Assembly (NCBI RefSeq): GCF_006345805.1
Contig: NC_043023.1
Span: 2,232,001-2,296,000 of the forward strand
Direction: 5' to 3'
DNA length: 64,000 bases
From: Octopus sinensis
Taxonomy: Eukaryota
Position numbers and translations under genes: made by a program. Positions 35,547 to 48,115 of the stretch are shown here, one piece after another; position 1 is the first letter of the stretch, and each line of letters starts with the position of its first letter. The notes below the pieces were generated by a model. That model worked only from the letters and a program-made list of their open reading frames with translations, was not told the DNA's origin and made no database searches.

Positions 35547-36289
35547 TCATCATCATCATCATCATCATCATTTAGCATCCGCTTTCCATGCTAGCATGGG
35601 TTGGACGGTTCAACTGGGGTCTGGGAAGCCAGAAGGCTGCACCAGGCCCAGTTTGATCTGGCAATGATTCTACAGCCGGATGCCCTTCCTAACGCCAACC
35701 ACTCCATGAGTGTAGTGGGTGCTTTTTACGTGCCACCGGCACAGGTGCCAGATGAGTCTGGCAAACGGCCACGATCGGATGGTGCTTTTTATGTGCCACC
35801 GGCACGGGGGCCAGGCAAGGCTGGCAACGGCCACGAACGGATGGTGCTTTTTACATGCCACCGGCACGAGGCCAGTCGGGGCGGCGCTGGCAACAGCCAC
35901 GTTCGGATGGTTCTCTTATGTGCCACTGGCACTGGTAACTGAGCTGCAATTTCCATTGATCGATTTCGATTCTGATTCTGATTCTCACTTGCCTCAACAG
36001 GTCTTCACAAGTAGAGTTTTGTGTCCCAAGAAGGGAAGGTATGCATAAGTGGGCTGGCTACATCCCATGTAGAAGGCCACGGGTTATGGTCTCACTTGTC
36101 CTGCCGGGTCTTCTCACGCACAGCATACTTCCAGAGGTCTCGGTCTCTAGTCATTTCCTCAGTGAGACCTAAAGTTCAAAGGTCGTGCTTCACCACCTCA
36201 TCCCAGGTTTTCCTGGGTCTGCCTCTTCCACAGGTTCCCTCAACCGCTAGGGTGTGGCACTTTTTCACACAACTATCTTCATCCATTCA

Positions 36290-36290
<1 letters not shown>
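35547..36290 (-). mobile_element. RTE-clade LINE (family C), 5'-truncated, RT C-terminus plus 3' UTR
   Basis: MDEDSCVKKCHTLAVEGTCGRGRPRKTWDEVVKHDL*TLGLTEEMTRDRDLWKYAVREKTRQDK*; (GAT)n tail. Confidence 0.9.
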
Positions 36291-36320
<30 letters not shown>

Positions 36321-36390
36321 GAATTTTTTGCGTAATGAGATAAAAACCAACCAAGGCTGTGTAGATATTAGAACATTTATAGATAGACAG

Positions 36391-36438
36391 GTCTTACAGC
36401 TGTTTCTAGGATATTTATTATATCCCTTCATCGGAGAC
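36391..36438 (-). ncRNA. Minimal hammerhead motif (U4C) in a PLE stub (~36330-36680)
   Basis: GTCT-CCGATGA-A-GGGATAT(AATAA)ATATCCT-A-GAAA-CAGCTG-TA^AGAC. Confidence 0.65.
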
Positions 36439-36669
36439 AGTGTGAGAGGATGGTTAAGTAATAGTTAATTTAGATAAGATACGAAGTAGAGAGTGAGGTG
36501 GAGGAATGAAAATAGATGTGAGATATGCAGGGATATTGCATTTGTAGATCCATTATTTAGGCAGAATGGTATATATGTAAGATTCCAATACCTTATGAGT
36601 AAAATCCAACAGAATTTAAAATGGGTCCTTCCAAACATAGAGTTTATACACAATGTAAGATTCTTACAT

Positions 36670-36702
<33 letters not shown>

Positions 36703-36719
36703 AGATCAAATCAAAATCA

Positions 36720-37210
36720 ATTCAATGACTGGCATCTGTGCTAGCGGGGTGCAAAGAGCACCATACAAGTGTGATCGTTGACTGAGCGGCTATTTGAGTA
36801 TGATCGTTACCAGCATCGCCTTACTGGCACTTATGCCTGTACTAGTAGGGTGCCAAGAACACCATCCGAGCATGATCGTTGCCAGAGAAGCCAACTGGCT
36901 TCTGTACCTGTGGCACGTAAAAGGGCACCATTTGAACGTGATTGTTACCAACGTCACTTCACTGGCACCTGTGCCAGTGGCATGTGTAAAAAGATTCGAA
37001 CGAGGTCATTGCCAGTACCACCTGACTGGCCCCATGCCGGTGGTACATAAATAGCACCCACTACACTCTTGGAGTGGTTGGCATTAGGAAGGGCATCCAG
37101 CTGTAGATCAAGATTGGAGCCTGGTGCAGCCTTCTGGTTCACCAGCCCTCAGTCAAAATCGTCCAACCCATGCTAGCATGGAAAGCAGACGTTAAACAAT
37201 GATGATGATT
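36720..37210 (+). mobile_element. RTE family C 3' UTR
   Basis: Conserved last ~150 bp and GACGTTAAACAATGATGATG end. Confidence 0.8.
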
Positions 37211-37397
37211 ATATATATATTGGTAAAAACGGTAAGATAACAAAAGAAAGAAAGAGACCTCAATATTATGTAAATAGAGGAATTTATCTGTAAATAACTG
37301 AAGAGATGGTTGTGTGGATTTCTACCTTGGCATCTGAAACTCAGAATTCTATCTTGGCTACCGAATAATTCTCACATATTAGATTTACAGATATATA

Positions 37398-37793
37398 CTC
37401 TTTTACTCTTTTACTTGTTTCAGTCATTTGACTGCGGCCATGCTGGAGCACCGCCTTTAATCTAGTATCTCGACCCCGGGACTTATTCTTTGTAAGCCCA
37501 GTACTTATTCTATCGGTCTCTTTTGCCGAACCGCTAAGTGACGGGGACATAAACACACCAGCATCGGTTGTCAAGCAATGCTAGGGGGACAAACACAGAC
37601 ACACAAACACACACATGCATATATATACATACATATATACAATGGGCTTCTTTCAGTTTCCATCTACCAAATCCACTCACAAGGCTTTGGTTGGCCCGAG
37701 GCTATAGCAGAAGACACTTGCCCAAGGTGCCACGCAGTGGGACTGAACCCGGAACCATGTGGTTGGTAAACAAGCTTACTTACCACACAGCCA
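37398..37793 (-). mobile_element. SINE-A, full length
   Basis: All modules on the minus strand. Confidence 0.9.
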
Positions 37794-38584
37794 CACATAC
37801 ACCAACCACAAATTACCAGGTGAGACTAAGTGTATCTGTGTATCCGTCTGTGCGTCCGTCTACCCCTCTTCCCCCCCTCTCTCTCTCTGCAATTCCCCAG
37901 ACAGGTAAACATAACAGTATTGGAATTTGTTTCTATTAATAACCAAAAAAATTAAGGTTACTAATTAAACAATTAAATTATTTTCGCTATATTCGTTAAG
38001 AAACATTTCCACTTAGTTTCATGGCAAGCACGTCCAAATAGAATTTTCATAATTGTTTCTTCCCCCCCTTACCCCCACTCAGCCCCCCCCCCCCACCCGA
38101 CTCTTAAAAAAATTTATTTACCAAAGTGCTTGAAAATTATGAATGATAAAAAGAGAAAAATAATTTTCTAAAATCTTTTTTTTTTCTCTCTGAATGTTGT
38201 CTGCCTTATGTCTGTTTATAAATAAATATGTTGTGTCTTTTTGAATAGATGTGTGTTTTATATGTGTGTATATATGTCTACGTGTTATATATTTTGTCTT
38301 TTCATTAATGTGTATGTACATACATATGTGTATATATATACATATGTGTATATATATATATATATATGAGTGTGTGTGTGTGTGTATGTATATATATATT
38401 TGTATATTTATGTGTGTATGTATAAATATATATATTTGTATATATATATATATATATGTGCAGATGTATATATGTGTGTATATTTATGTACATATGCATA
38501 TATATGTATAAACATGTGTGTGTATACAGATATATATATATACATATGCATATATATATTTATATAAATATATATATATATGTA

Positions 38585-38647
<63 letters not shown>

Positions 38648-38708
38648 ATGTATGTATATATATATGTATGTATGTGTATATATATATATAGATATATAGA
38701 TATATATA

Positions 38709-38873
38709 GGCATGGCTGTGTTGTAAGAAGCTTGCTTACGAACCACATGGTTCCGGGTTCAGTCCCACTGCATGGCACTTTGGGCAAATGTCTTCTACTA
38801 TAGCCTCGAACCGACCAAAGCCTTGGGAGTGGATTTGGTAGACGGAAACTGAAAGAAGCCTGTCGTATATATG

Positions 38874-38904
<31 letters not shown>

Positions 38905-39010
38905 CTATGTTTGTCCTCCTCACCATCTCCTGACAACCAGTGTTGGTGTGTTTACATCTCTGTAACTAAGCAGTTCAGCCAAAGAAACCAACAGTATAAG
39001 TACTAGACTT
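38709..39010 (+). mobile_element. SINE-A, tail missing
   Basis: Head and part of body. Confidence 0.8.
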
Positions 39011-39467
39011 TTAATGTGTGTGTGTGTGTGAAGCATCAAGCTAAGTAAAATCCCTTTTTTCCACACCTACACACTTGTCCTTTAAGGTGCTGTGTCCACT
39101 TAAAAAGTAGCCATGCCAGTGCTGAGTTAACACACCTGTGCTGGTACTGTGTAGGTGCACCTGTGATGATTCAACAGCCCTATGATCAAAGATGTTCCAG
39201 CTGTGACCACCCCATCTTTTATTCAGGCATAGTGTATCAAGGACTACATTATCTCATGTAGAGGATAGAGATTAGATTTTGTGGCTATAGTTGTTGTTTA
39301 GGTCTATCTAGGAGTACATTGTCCAATGTAGTTAGTATTAGTGGCTACAGTGGTTGTTTAGTCCCAGAGCAGTCCTGATCCAGCAGACTTCTGATCATAG
39401 ATGTTCCAGCTGTGGCCATCCCATCTTTTATTCAGACAGAGTGTATCTGGGACTACATTATCTAAAG

Positions 39468-39790
39468 CAGGATTTCTCAACAATTTTTTTCTCTTTGGAC
39501 CCCTTTGATTACGATTTTATTCTGGTGGACCCCCATCGCCATTTGATGTTTAAAAACTAATTTTAAAAGACTCTTCCTTCAAAATCCTTACTTTGTTTTT
39601 CACCCATTGTGTTGGTTGGATGATGTAAAACGTTAGAGAAAGAAACCCAGCTGTTTCTTGCAATAAATACCAATACATCTGAAGCAAAATTTTTTCAAGG
39701 GGTGCATCACATTCTATTGTGGATTTCTAACTTATGATTTTATTGTGGGGTCACCCTAAAAATCTTATATGGACCCTCAGGGGCCACCAA
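39468..39790. mobile_element. Possible hAT-type MITE
   Basis: CAGGATTTCTCAAC left end and internal GGACCCC motifs; right end unclear. Confidence 0.35.
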
Positions 39791-39829
39791 TTTATTGTGA
39801 TCAAATGTATGTGCTGTATGTTAGCTTAT

Positions 39830-40900
39830 TCATCATCATCATCATCATCATCGTTTAATGTCCATTTTCCATGCTAGCATGGTTTGGACGGTTCGACCGG
39901 GATCTGGGAAGTGAGGAGGCTGCACCAAGCTCCAGTCTGATCTGGCAGTGTTTCTACAGCTGGATGTCCTTCCTAATGCCAACCACTCCTTGAGTGTAGT
40001 GGGTGCTTTTTATGTGCCACAGGCACAGGAGCCAGAGGAGGCTGGCAACAGCCATGATTGGTTGGTGCTTTTTACATGCCACTGGCACAGAAGCCAGTAA
40101 AGGCAGCGCTGGCATCGGCCATGTTTGGATGGTGCTTTTTATGTGCCACCAGCACAGGGGCCACAGGAGGCTGTCAATGGCTATGATTGGTTGGTGCATT
40201 TTACCTGCTACCGGCATAGAAGCCAGCCAAGGCAGCGCTGGCGTCAGCCATGTTCAGATGGTACTTTTTACGTTCCACTGGCACGGGTATCACAACTACA
40301 ATTTCCCTTTGATTTTTATTTTGATCTACTTGACTCAATAGGTCTCCTCAAGTACAACAGGTTGTCCATGATCTAACATAAGCACAGCCGGCCATCCTAT
40401 GACCCAAGGTACTTTGAATGAACTGGGGCTGGTTGTGTGAAGCTGGTGTAGGATACAGCCATGAACTCACATTATTTGTCGGGTCTTTGCAGTCACAGCA
40501 TATCCCCAGAGGTCTCGGTATTTCGTCATTGCCTCTGTGAGGCCCAACGTTCAAAGGTCATGCTTGACCACCTCATCCCATGACTTCCTGGGTCTACCTC
40601 TCCCCCGGATTCCTTCAACTGTTTCGGAGTGGCACTTCTTCACACATCTCTCCTCATCCATCCTTTGTACATGACCATACCAGTGCAGACGTCTCTCTTG
40701 CATGCCACATTCGATGCTTCTCATGTCTAGCATATCTCTCAGGGCACTTACACTGTCGTGAGTGCACACTTACACTGTCGTGAGTGCACACTGACATTAC
40801 ACATCCAGCGGATCATGCTAGCTTCATTTCTTTCAAGCCTACGCATGTCCTCCGCAGTCATGGCCCATGTTTCACTGTTGTGAAGCATGGCAGGTCGACA
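39830..40900 (-). mobile_element. RTE-clade LINE (family C), longest copy
   Basis: CRPAMLHNSETWAMTAEDMRRLERNEASMIRWMCNVSVHSRQ / SALRDMLDMRSIECGMQERRLHWYGHVQRMDEERCVKKCH..GRGRPRKSWDEVVKHDL. A 22-bp tandem duplication (40745-40788) lies at the frame break. Confidence 0.9.
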
Positions 40901-40939
40901 TTACCCAAACAGGTGCTTGACATACTATGCGTTAGGTGT

Positions 40940-41075
40940 CAAAGAGAGTGCAGAGCAGCGTGAGATTAAGTGTTTTGCTCAAGAACACAACATACAGCCC
41001 GGTCTAGGAATTGAAACCATGATCTCGCAACCGTGACTATGACACCATAAACACTAAGCCATTTGCCCTCAAGAC
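40940..41075 (-). mobile_element. SINE-D-related head, degenerate
   Basis: TGGCTTAGTG / GGTTTCAATTCC boxes and GTTCTTGAGCAAAACAC. Confidence 0.6.
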
Positions 41076-41415
41076 ATGTAGATATGTATAATTAAAAGAT
41101 ATAATTAATATAACAATCAGTAATTGAGATATGCATACAAGTGGTTGTTGTGCATAGCTACATATATACAGGTGCATATATATATGTCTGCTTACGTATC
41201 TGACTCAGCAGCAGTTGCACATGTGTATATATACATGTATATACACACAGCTGGTTACCGGTGTCATTTGAGAGTGTTTAAAACTTGTGGCGTTACTCAT
41301 TGTACACCCCCATCACAACCAGCCCCATACCATGTAGTGTGTATATATATATGTGTGTGTGTGTTTGTGTGTATATCTATGTATCTATCGATGTATATGT
41401 GTATATACATGTATG

Positions 41416-41452
<37 letters not shown>

Positions 41453-41601
41453 TACAAATACACACATGCATATATATGCATTTGTACATGTATATTTATA
41501 TTTCCATAGGTATTAATAGATATAATTATATATATATATATTTATAAATAAGTATATGTGTGTGTGTATATGAATATGCTTTACACATGTATCTATATAT
41601 T

Positions 41602-41746
<145 letters not shown>

Positions 41747-41780
41747 TTGTGTCTCTGCCTTTCAATATACATACAAACAC

Positions 41781-41811
<31 letters not shown>

Positions 41812-42610
41812 TAAATGCATATGTAAACAGGCACACTAACATACACACATATACATATATTACATACCCACACTCACACACACATACATATATATACAAT
41901 AAATGTGTGAAATTATCGTAAATATGTATAATTAATTGCCAGACCTTCTGGCAAATTGACCGAGTGACGAACATTGGAACAGAATCTATTTCAGAAGTGG
42001 GTGCAGTGGCGGCGGAATGGATGGGGTGGATGCAGGGGGATTAGGACAAGTGAGGGCTGTGCACACGTGTGTGAGATGGTGGTGGCAGCGGTAGTGGTGG
42101 TGGCAGCGGTGGTGGCAGCGGTGGTGGTGGTGGTGGTGGTGATTGCTATATTGATGACAAAGTGATGATTGTGCCATTTATGGTTCTGGATGGTGATGGT
42201 AGCGATGGTTGTGGTGGTGATGCTGATAGCGATAGCAATTAGTATTATGATGATGATGATGATGACGGTGGTGGTGGGGTGGTGGTGGTGGTGGTTGCTG
42301 TGGTTGTGTTGGTAATGGTGATGATAATGATGATGATGATGGTATTGATGGTGGTAGCAATGGTTCTGAGTATGCTGGTGGCAATCACAATTAGCATCAT
42401 GATGATGATAATGATGGTGGTGGTGGTGATGGTGATGACGACAAATTTGATGGTAATGAAAATTAGTATGATGGTGATGGTCACACTCATCATGATGATG
42501 ATGGTGATGTTGACAGTGATGATGATGATGTAGCAGTGATGAAGGTCCCTCCTCTCTTCCGTTCTTGCCATATATGTACATATATACACACACACACACA
42601 AACATGTATG

Positions 42611-42655
<45 letters not shown>

Positions 42656-42932
42656 ATATGTATGTATGTATATATGTATGTATGTATATATGTATGTATA
42701 TTGTATGTATGTATATATGTATGTATGTATATATATATGTGTATGTATGTATATATGTATGTATGTATATATATATGTGTATGTGATATATATATGTGTA
42801 TGTGTATATATATGTGTATGTGTATATATATGTGTATGTATACATATGTGTGTGTATGTATACATATAGTGTGTGTATGTATATACGCATGTATATATAT
42901 ATGCATGTATATATACATATGTGTATATATCT

Positions 42933-42971
<39 letters not shown>

Positions 42972-44574
42972 AATGTGTACGTGTGTGTGTGTATCTATAA
43001 CTGTGCTAAGTATGAGTCTATAATGTAATGTTGCAACAGTGATGATGATAGTGGTGGTGGTAGTGATGGTGTGGTGGGAATGATGATGATGATGGTAGAG
43101 ATGATGATGATGCTGATGATTGTGATGATTGTCATGGTATTAGCGATGATGATGATCATGGTACTGTTGTTGGTTGTTATGGCAGTAGTGATTGTTGTGG
43201 TTGTGGTGGTGATGCTGAAGGTGACGGTGCTTATGGTAGTGGTGAATGTAGTAACAGTGGTTAGTTGGTAGATGTTGTTGTTGTGGTGGTGTGTTGGTGG
43301 CAGTGGTTATGCTAGTGGATGTGGAGGTGGTGGTGGTGGTGGTAGTAATAGTGATGGTGCTAGTGATTGTAGTGGTGGTAGTGTTAGCGGTGATGGTGTT
43401 GATGATGATGATGATAGCACTTGTGGTGGTGGTGATGATGATGATGATGGTAGTGGTGATGATGATGATAGTGTTGATGATGGTGGTGGTGATGATGATG
43501 ATGATGGTGGTGATGATGGTAGTGATGATGATGGTGATGATGGTTGTGTTGGTGGTGGTGGTGGTGGTGACGATAAGCTGGCAGTAGAGGTGGTAGTGAT
43601 AATGAAAACAATGAGGGACAGCAGTGATAGTAACAATAAAGGGGGCAATAATAATGATTATGGCAGTCGCAGTACTGGTGCTGACAATCCATACACACAT
43701 TAAATTATAATTTAACAGCAGAAAACTAGGAGAAATTCTCAACAAATAAGCTAATTATCATCTTCATTAATGTTAATTAAATTTTTACCTTACTTCTCCT
43801 CCCCTTTTTTCTTTCTATCCCCTCCTACCCCTCCACTTACCTTTTTCCCACCTCTTGCTTCTCCATTTGCTTTCTCTTCGTCATACCTCTACTCTTTGCC
43901 TCCCATTTTACCTTCTCTCTCTCTCTTTCTTATGCTTCCTCCCTTACTTCTCATACATAAATACATATTATCACTGCCCCCTCCCTCCCTTCTTTTATTC
44001 TGCAATGCTAGATCCTCCTCCTACTCTTGTTCTTGTTGTTGTTGCTGCAGCTCTTCTCCTCCCCTCTTTTCTTTTCTCTCTTGCAGACTGTTTTCACTTG
44101 ATGCTTAATTCTTTTCAGAGCTTTTAACTTGTGTGTGTGGATGCAAGTGTCTGTGTGTGTGTGTGTGTGCGTGTGTGCACAAGTGTGTGTGTATTTGCAT
44201 ATGTAAGAGTATATATATATATAAGTTTTGACATGTACAAACACACAGAAACACACACACATGCACTTTATTACATATACATATATATACATATATGTGT
44301 TTTACATTTATATATATATATACAACTTATAAACAAGGGCAAAAGAAAATTATTTCTATGCCAATATGCTGATAACAGACTTTTAAATCGTCAATTTCCA
44401 CATATTATTATATACCCACTACAGAAATACGTTGTGCTGAAATCGAGGAAAGCTAGCCAACAGAATTTTTTAAAAAAATTCGTTATTTCTATATTGAATC
44501 AATTTTGGAATTAATCTCATAGATTTTTTTTTTAAGTGTATGTTTGTGTGTGCGTGTGTGTCTTTTTCTATTGT

Positions 44575-44958
44575 TTCTTTGTTATTTGTGTCAGTTATTT
44601 GACTGCTGCCATGCTGGAGCACCGCCTTTAGTCGAGCAAATCAACCCCAGGATTTATTCTTCGTAAGCCTAGTGCTTATTCAAGCGGTCTCTTTTGCCGA
44701 ACTCCTAAGTTACAGGGACATAAACACACCAATATTGATTGTCAAGCGATGGTGGGGGACAAACACAGACACACAAACATACACAGACACACACACACAC
44801 ACACATATACGACTGGCTTCTTTCAGTTTCCATCTACCAAATCCATTCACAAGGTTCTGGTCGACCTGAGGCTATAGTAGAAGATACTTGCCCAAGGTGC
44901 CATGCAGTGGGACTGAACCAAGAACCATGGGGTTGGTAAGCAAGCTACTTACCACACA
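44575..44958 (-). mobile_element. SINE-A
   Basis: Tail, body and head on the minus strand. Confidence 0.85.
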
Positions 44959-45731
44959 TGTATATTTAGAAGAAGAGGCATAATTTATGTGATATACATA
45001 TTCATTTATTTGTGCATCATTGACTACAGATGTTTCGGAGCACACTTACTACATGGACCCTGAGGATTATAGTATATGTTAAGGTTGTTTAATTCTTTCT
45101 ATTAAACAATCGACCGACTGAGTGAATGGAGCTATGTATGCAACTAAAATCATCATCGTCGTTTAGCGTCCGTTTTCCATGCTAGCATGGGTTGGACGGT
45201 TCTACTGGGGTCTGTGAAGCCAGAAGGCTTCATCAGGCCCAGTCAAATCTGGCAGTGTTTCTACGGCTGGATGCCCTTCCTAACGCCAACCACTCCGTGA
45301 GTGTAGTGGGTGCTTTTTACGTGCCACCCGCACAGGTGCCAGACAGAGCTGGCAAACGGTCACGAACGGATGTTGCTTTTTATGTGCCACCGGCACAAGG
45401 GCCAGGCGAGGCTGGCAACGGACACGAAACGGGGCGGTGGCTTATCAGAAAAAGTTTATGATGCACAAATAAACATGAAAAGCCCATTATTTAGACCTTT
45501 TCTTCTATACCACTTTGTGATTACATACCATATTAACTTGGTAATGCAACCAAGGATTTACAAAGTCAGCTGGTGATGGACTCCAACTTCAGCTCCCCTG
45601 TTAGGACTGCCTGGAGATCTACATCAGTCTGAAGAACTTTTGTTAGCCTTAGTGTATTTGTATTAACAGAAAGCTTAAGAAGTATTTTGCCTGGCTTGAT
45701 AATACTGTTTTAATAACTCTTTATATATATA

Positions 45732-46557
45732 CTAGCAGCTAAGCCCGGTTTCACCTGGTCTGTTTGGATGATGTGGCTGTGATCGTTTTTGATTAGGCGT
45801 AATCTATAACAACTTTTTTCAACCTTATTATTTTGGGTCCCCTGTTTTGATTGGAGCCTGCAGCTGTATGAAAATTTCCTGACCCCACACCCTTGTCCAG
45901 GAGTTGTGAAGAAAGAATTTGTACGTAGTCTGTTTCTGAGAGCTATTCTATTGGACCTCTGTCTAATCACGTCTTTTAAGGTACACACACATACATGGAA
46001 AATGTGAGGTCATGGGAGAAAATTTTTACAATAGTTGATTTATGGAAAAGATTTCGATCAGAAAAAATTTTAATCGATTTTCTCGGTAAGTATGGGGGTT
46101 ATGAAAAAAATACAAACTGCATTCCAGTCTATGCACCTGTCCCCACATGTGTGCCATATTTCATGCAAATCCACCCAGCTGTTTGGCTGTGAACCTCAAG
46201 ACAAGAAAGAATCATCATCATCATTGTTCGACCGTAGTCGAGACAATGGAATTTACTATGTTACGCCAGACTTCACAGTCCATCATAGCATTACGGAGGT
46301 CCTGTTGCTGGATGCCTGTATCCCTGGAGATTACATCAGGGTAGGAGAGAGTGTGTGCCCTCTGGTATTGCGAGTAGATGGCTTCCAGAGGAGAAGAGTA
46401 GAAATTACTTCTTTTTCAGCTCTACAACAATGTCCAGCAAATGGACTCTCCTACTTTTCACAAGAGATGACACAGGTGGTAGTTTCCCAAGATGACACAG
46501 GTGGTAGTTTCCCAAGAAAGAATACAATGACCACCCATGTCCAATTTATATTATAGA
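45732..46557 (-). mobile_element. Non-autonomous Helitron (family 2), both ends, with nested RTE
   Basis: Minus strand A|TCTATAATATAAATTGGAC at 46557 and degenerate hairpin plus CTAG|T at 45732; homologous to 16511-16700. Confidence 0.75.
46213..46512 (-). mobile_element. Second RTE-type LINE family, 5'-truncated, with 11-bp TSD
   Basis: GKLPPVSSLVKSRRV/FAGHCCRAEKEVISTLLLWKPSTRNTRG/LSYPDVISRDTGIQQQDLRNAMMDCEVWRNIV..VEQ* then (GAT)n. TSD caagaaagaat at 46202-46212 and 46513-46523. Confidence 0.85.
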
Positions 46558-46598
46558 TATATATTGTCATATGTGAGAAATTATGTTGAATGTATATA

Positions 46599-47415
46599 TT
46601 AGGTCGTCAAGTATGAAATTTGTAGAAAAGACAAAGAAAAGTTTGCTAATGTTTTATAAATACAAGGAACAGTTTTATTCATCAAAGTATGCACTGATAT
46701 TGTCAATACATTTTTGCCATTTCAGCGGTAGCTTGTCAAGGCTGGAACTGTAAAAGCCTGGCAATCTAGAGTCAATAAAATCTTGGAAGGCATCGACGAA
46801 ATTAAGTCTTTTCCGTATCAAAAAGTCATCCAAATTCTGGAAGAAGTGGTAGTTAGGTGGGGCAAGATCAGGTGAGTATGGTGGATGATGGAGAACTTCC
46901 AACTCCAACTCCTGTAGTTTTGCCAATGTCATTTTTGCAATGTTCGGTCTGGCATTGTCTTGCAATAAAATAGGAGTGGATCTGTTGACTAATCTAGGCT
47001 GATTTTTTTTGTAAGTTTCTGCATCATTTGGTCCAGTTGGCTGTAGTATACTTCGGTTGTGAGCCAGGTTTAATGAAATCATAATGGATCACAACTGCGC
47101 CAGACCACCAAACACACCATTAGTTTCATTTGATGAATTTTGCTTTGTGGATTGTGTTTTGGTGGCTCGTCTTTGGTCCAGCCATTGTGCTGAACATTTA
47201 CGGTTTTCGTATTGGATCCATTTTTTATCACATTTATTTTTTATTTTATTATTTTTTTTATTTAGTTTCAGCTCACAAGCTGTGGCCATGCTGGGGCACG
47301 TTGCAATTCGATTAAAAAATGATTCATTTTTGTGACAAGAAAGTAGCATAATGCAAGTTTCCAAACATTGCTGTTTCTGATTTTCATTGAGTTCATGTGG
47401 AACCCAACTATCCAA
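46599..47415 (-). pseudogene. mariner (DD34D) transposase relic, 5' end missing
   Basis: WVPHEL, TCDKKW, LLQDNARP and YSPDLAPPNYHFF (34-residue spacing, third D>N); frameshifted; right TIR-like end TA|TTAGGTCGTCAAG at 46599. Confidence 0.9.
47233..47298 (-). mobile_element. 66-bp LINE/SINE 3' tail inserted in frame in mariner
   Basis: TGCCCCAGCATGGCCACAGCTTGTGAGCTGAAAC plus an A-rich tail, between codons RIAT and CDKKW. Confidence 0.8.
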
Positions 47416-47770
47416 TTTCGTCTGCCGCTATGTTCTGAGTTCAAATTCTGCCAAGGTCGACTTTGCCATTCGTCCTTTCGGGGTCGACTACTAAGTACAA
47501 GTTATGCACTGGGGTCAATGTAATCAACTTTATCCCTTTGTCTGTCCTTGTTTGTTCCTTCTATGTTTAGCCCCTTGTGGGCAATAAAGAAATAAGTATT
47601 TCATCTGCCGCTACGTTCTGAGTTCAAACTCCGCCGAGGTTGACTTTGCCTTTCATCCTTTCGGGGTTGATTAAATAAGTACCAGTTACACACTGGGGTT
47701 GATGTAATCGACTTTATCCCTTTGTCTGTCCTTGTTTGTCCTCTCTATATTTAGCCCCCTGTGGACAATA
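47416..47770 (+). mobile_element. Two headless SINE-B units in tandem
   Basis: Two ~184-bp units truncating the mariner. Confidence 0.85.
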
Positions 47771-47794
47771 AAGAAAAAAGAAAAAAGAAGATTG

Positions 47795-48115
47795 CTTGCC
47801 AACCACATGGTTCTGGGTTCAGTCCCATTGCATTGCAACTCAGGCTGATCAAACCCTTGTGAGTATTTGGTAGACGGAAACTGAAAGAAGCCCTTCATAC
47901 ATATATATATGTTTGTGTGTGTGTGTCTCCCTGCCATTGCTTGATAACCGTTACTGGTGTGTTTACATCCCCATAACCTAACAGTTCGGCATAAAAGACT
48001 GATAAAATAAGTAGAAGGCTTATTCCTGGGGTCGATTTCTTTGACTAAAACAACTTCAAGGCAGTGCTCCAGCATGGCCATAGTCAAATGACTGAAGCAA
48101 GTGAAAGAATAAGCA
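47795..48115 (+). mobile_element. SINE-A with internal deletion
   Basis: Partial head, body and tail. Confidence 0.75.

Noticed and set aside
45010-45070. GAAA-CATCTG-TA-GTC on the minus strand as a hammerhead
   Set aside because: Stem III and triplet look right, but no CUGANGA core is present upstream.
46092-46556. 154-aa plus-strand ORF
   Set aside because: It is antisense to an RTE C-terminal remnant bounded by a TSD.
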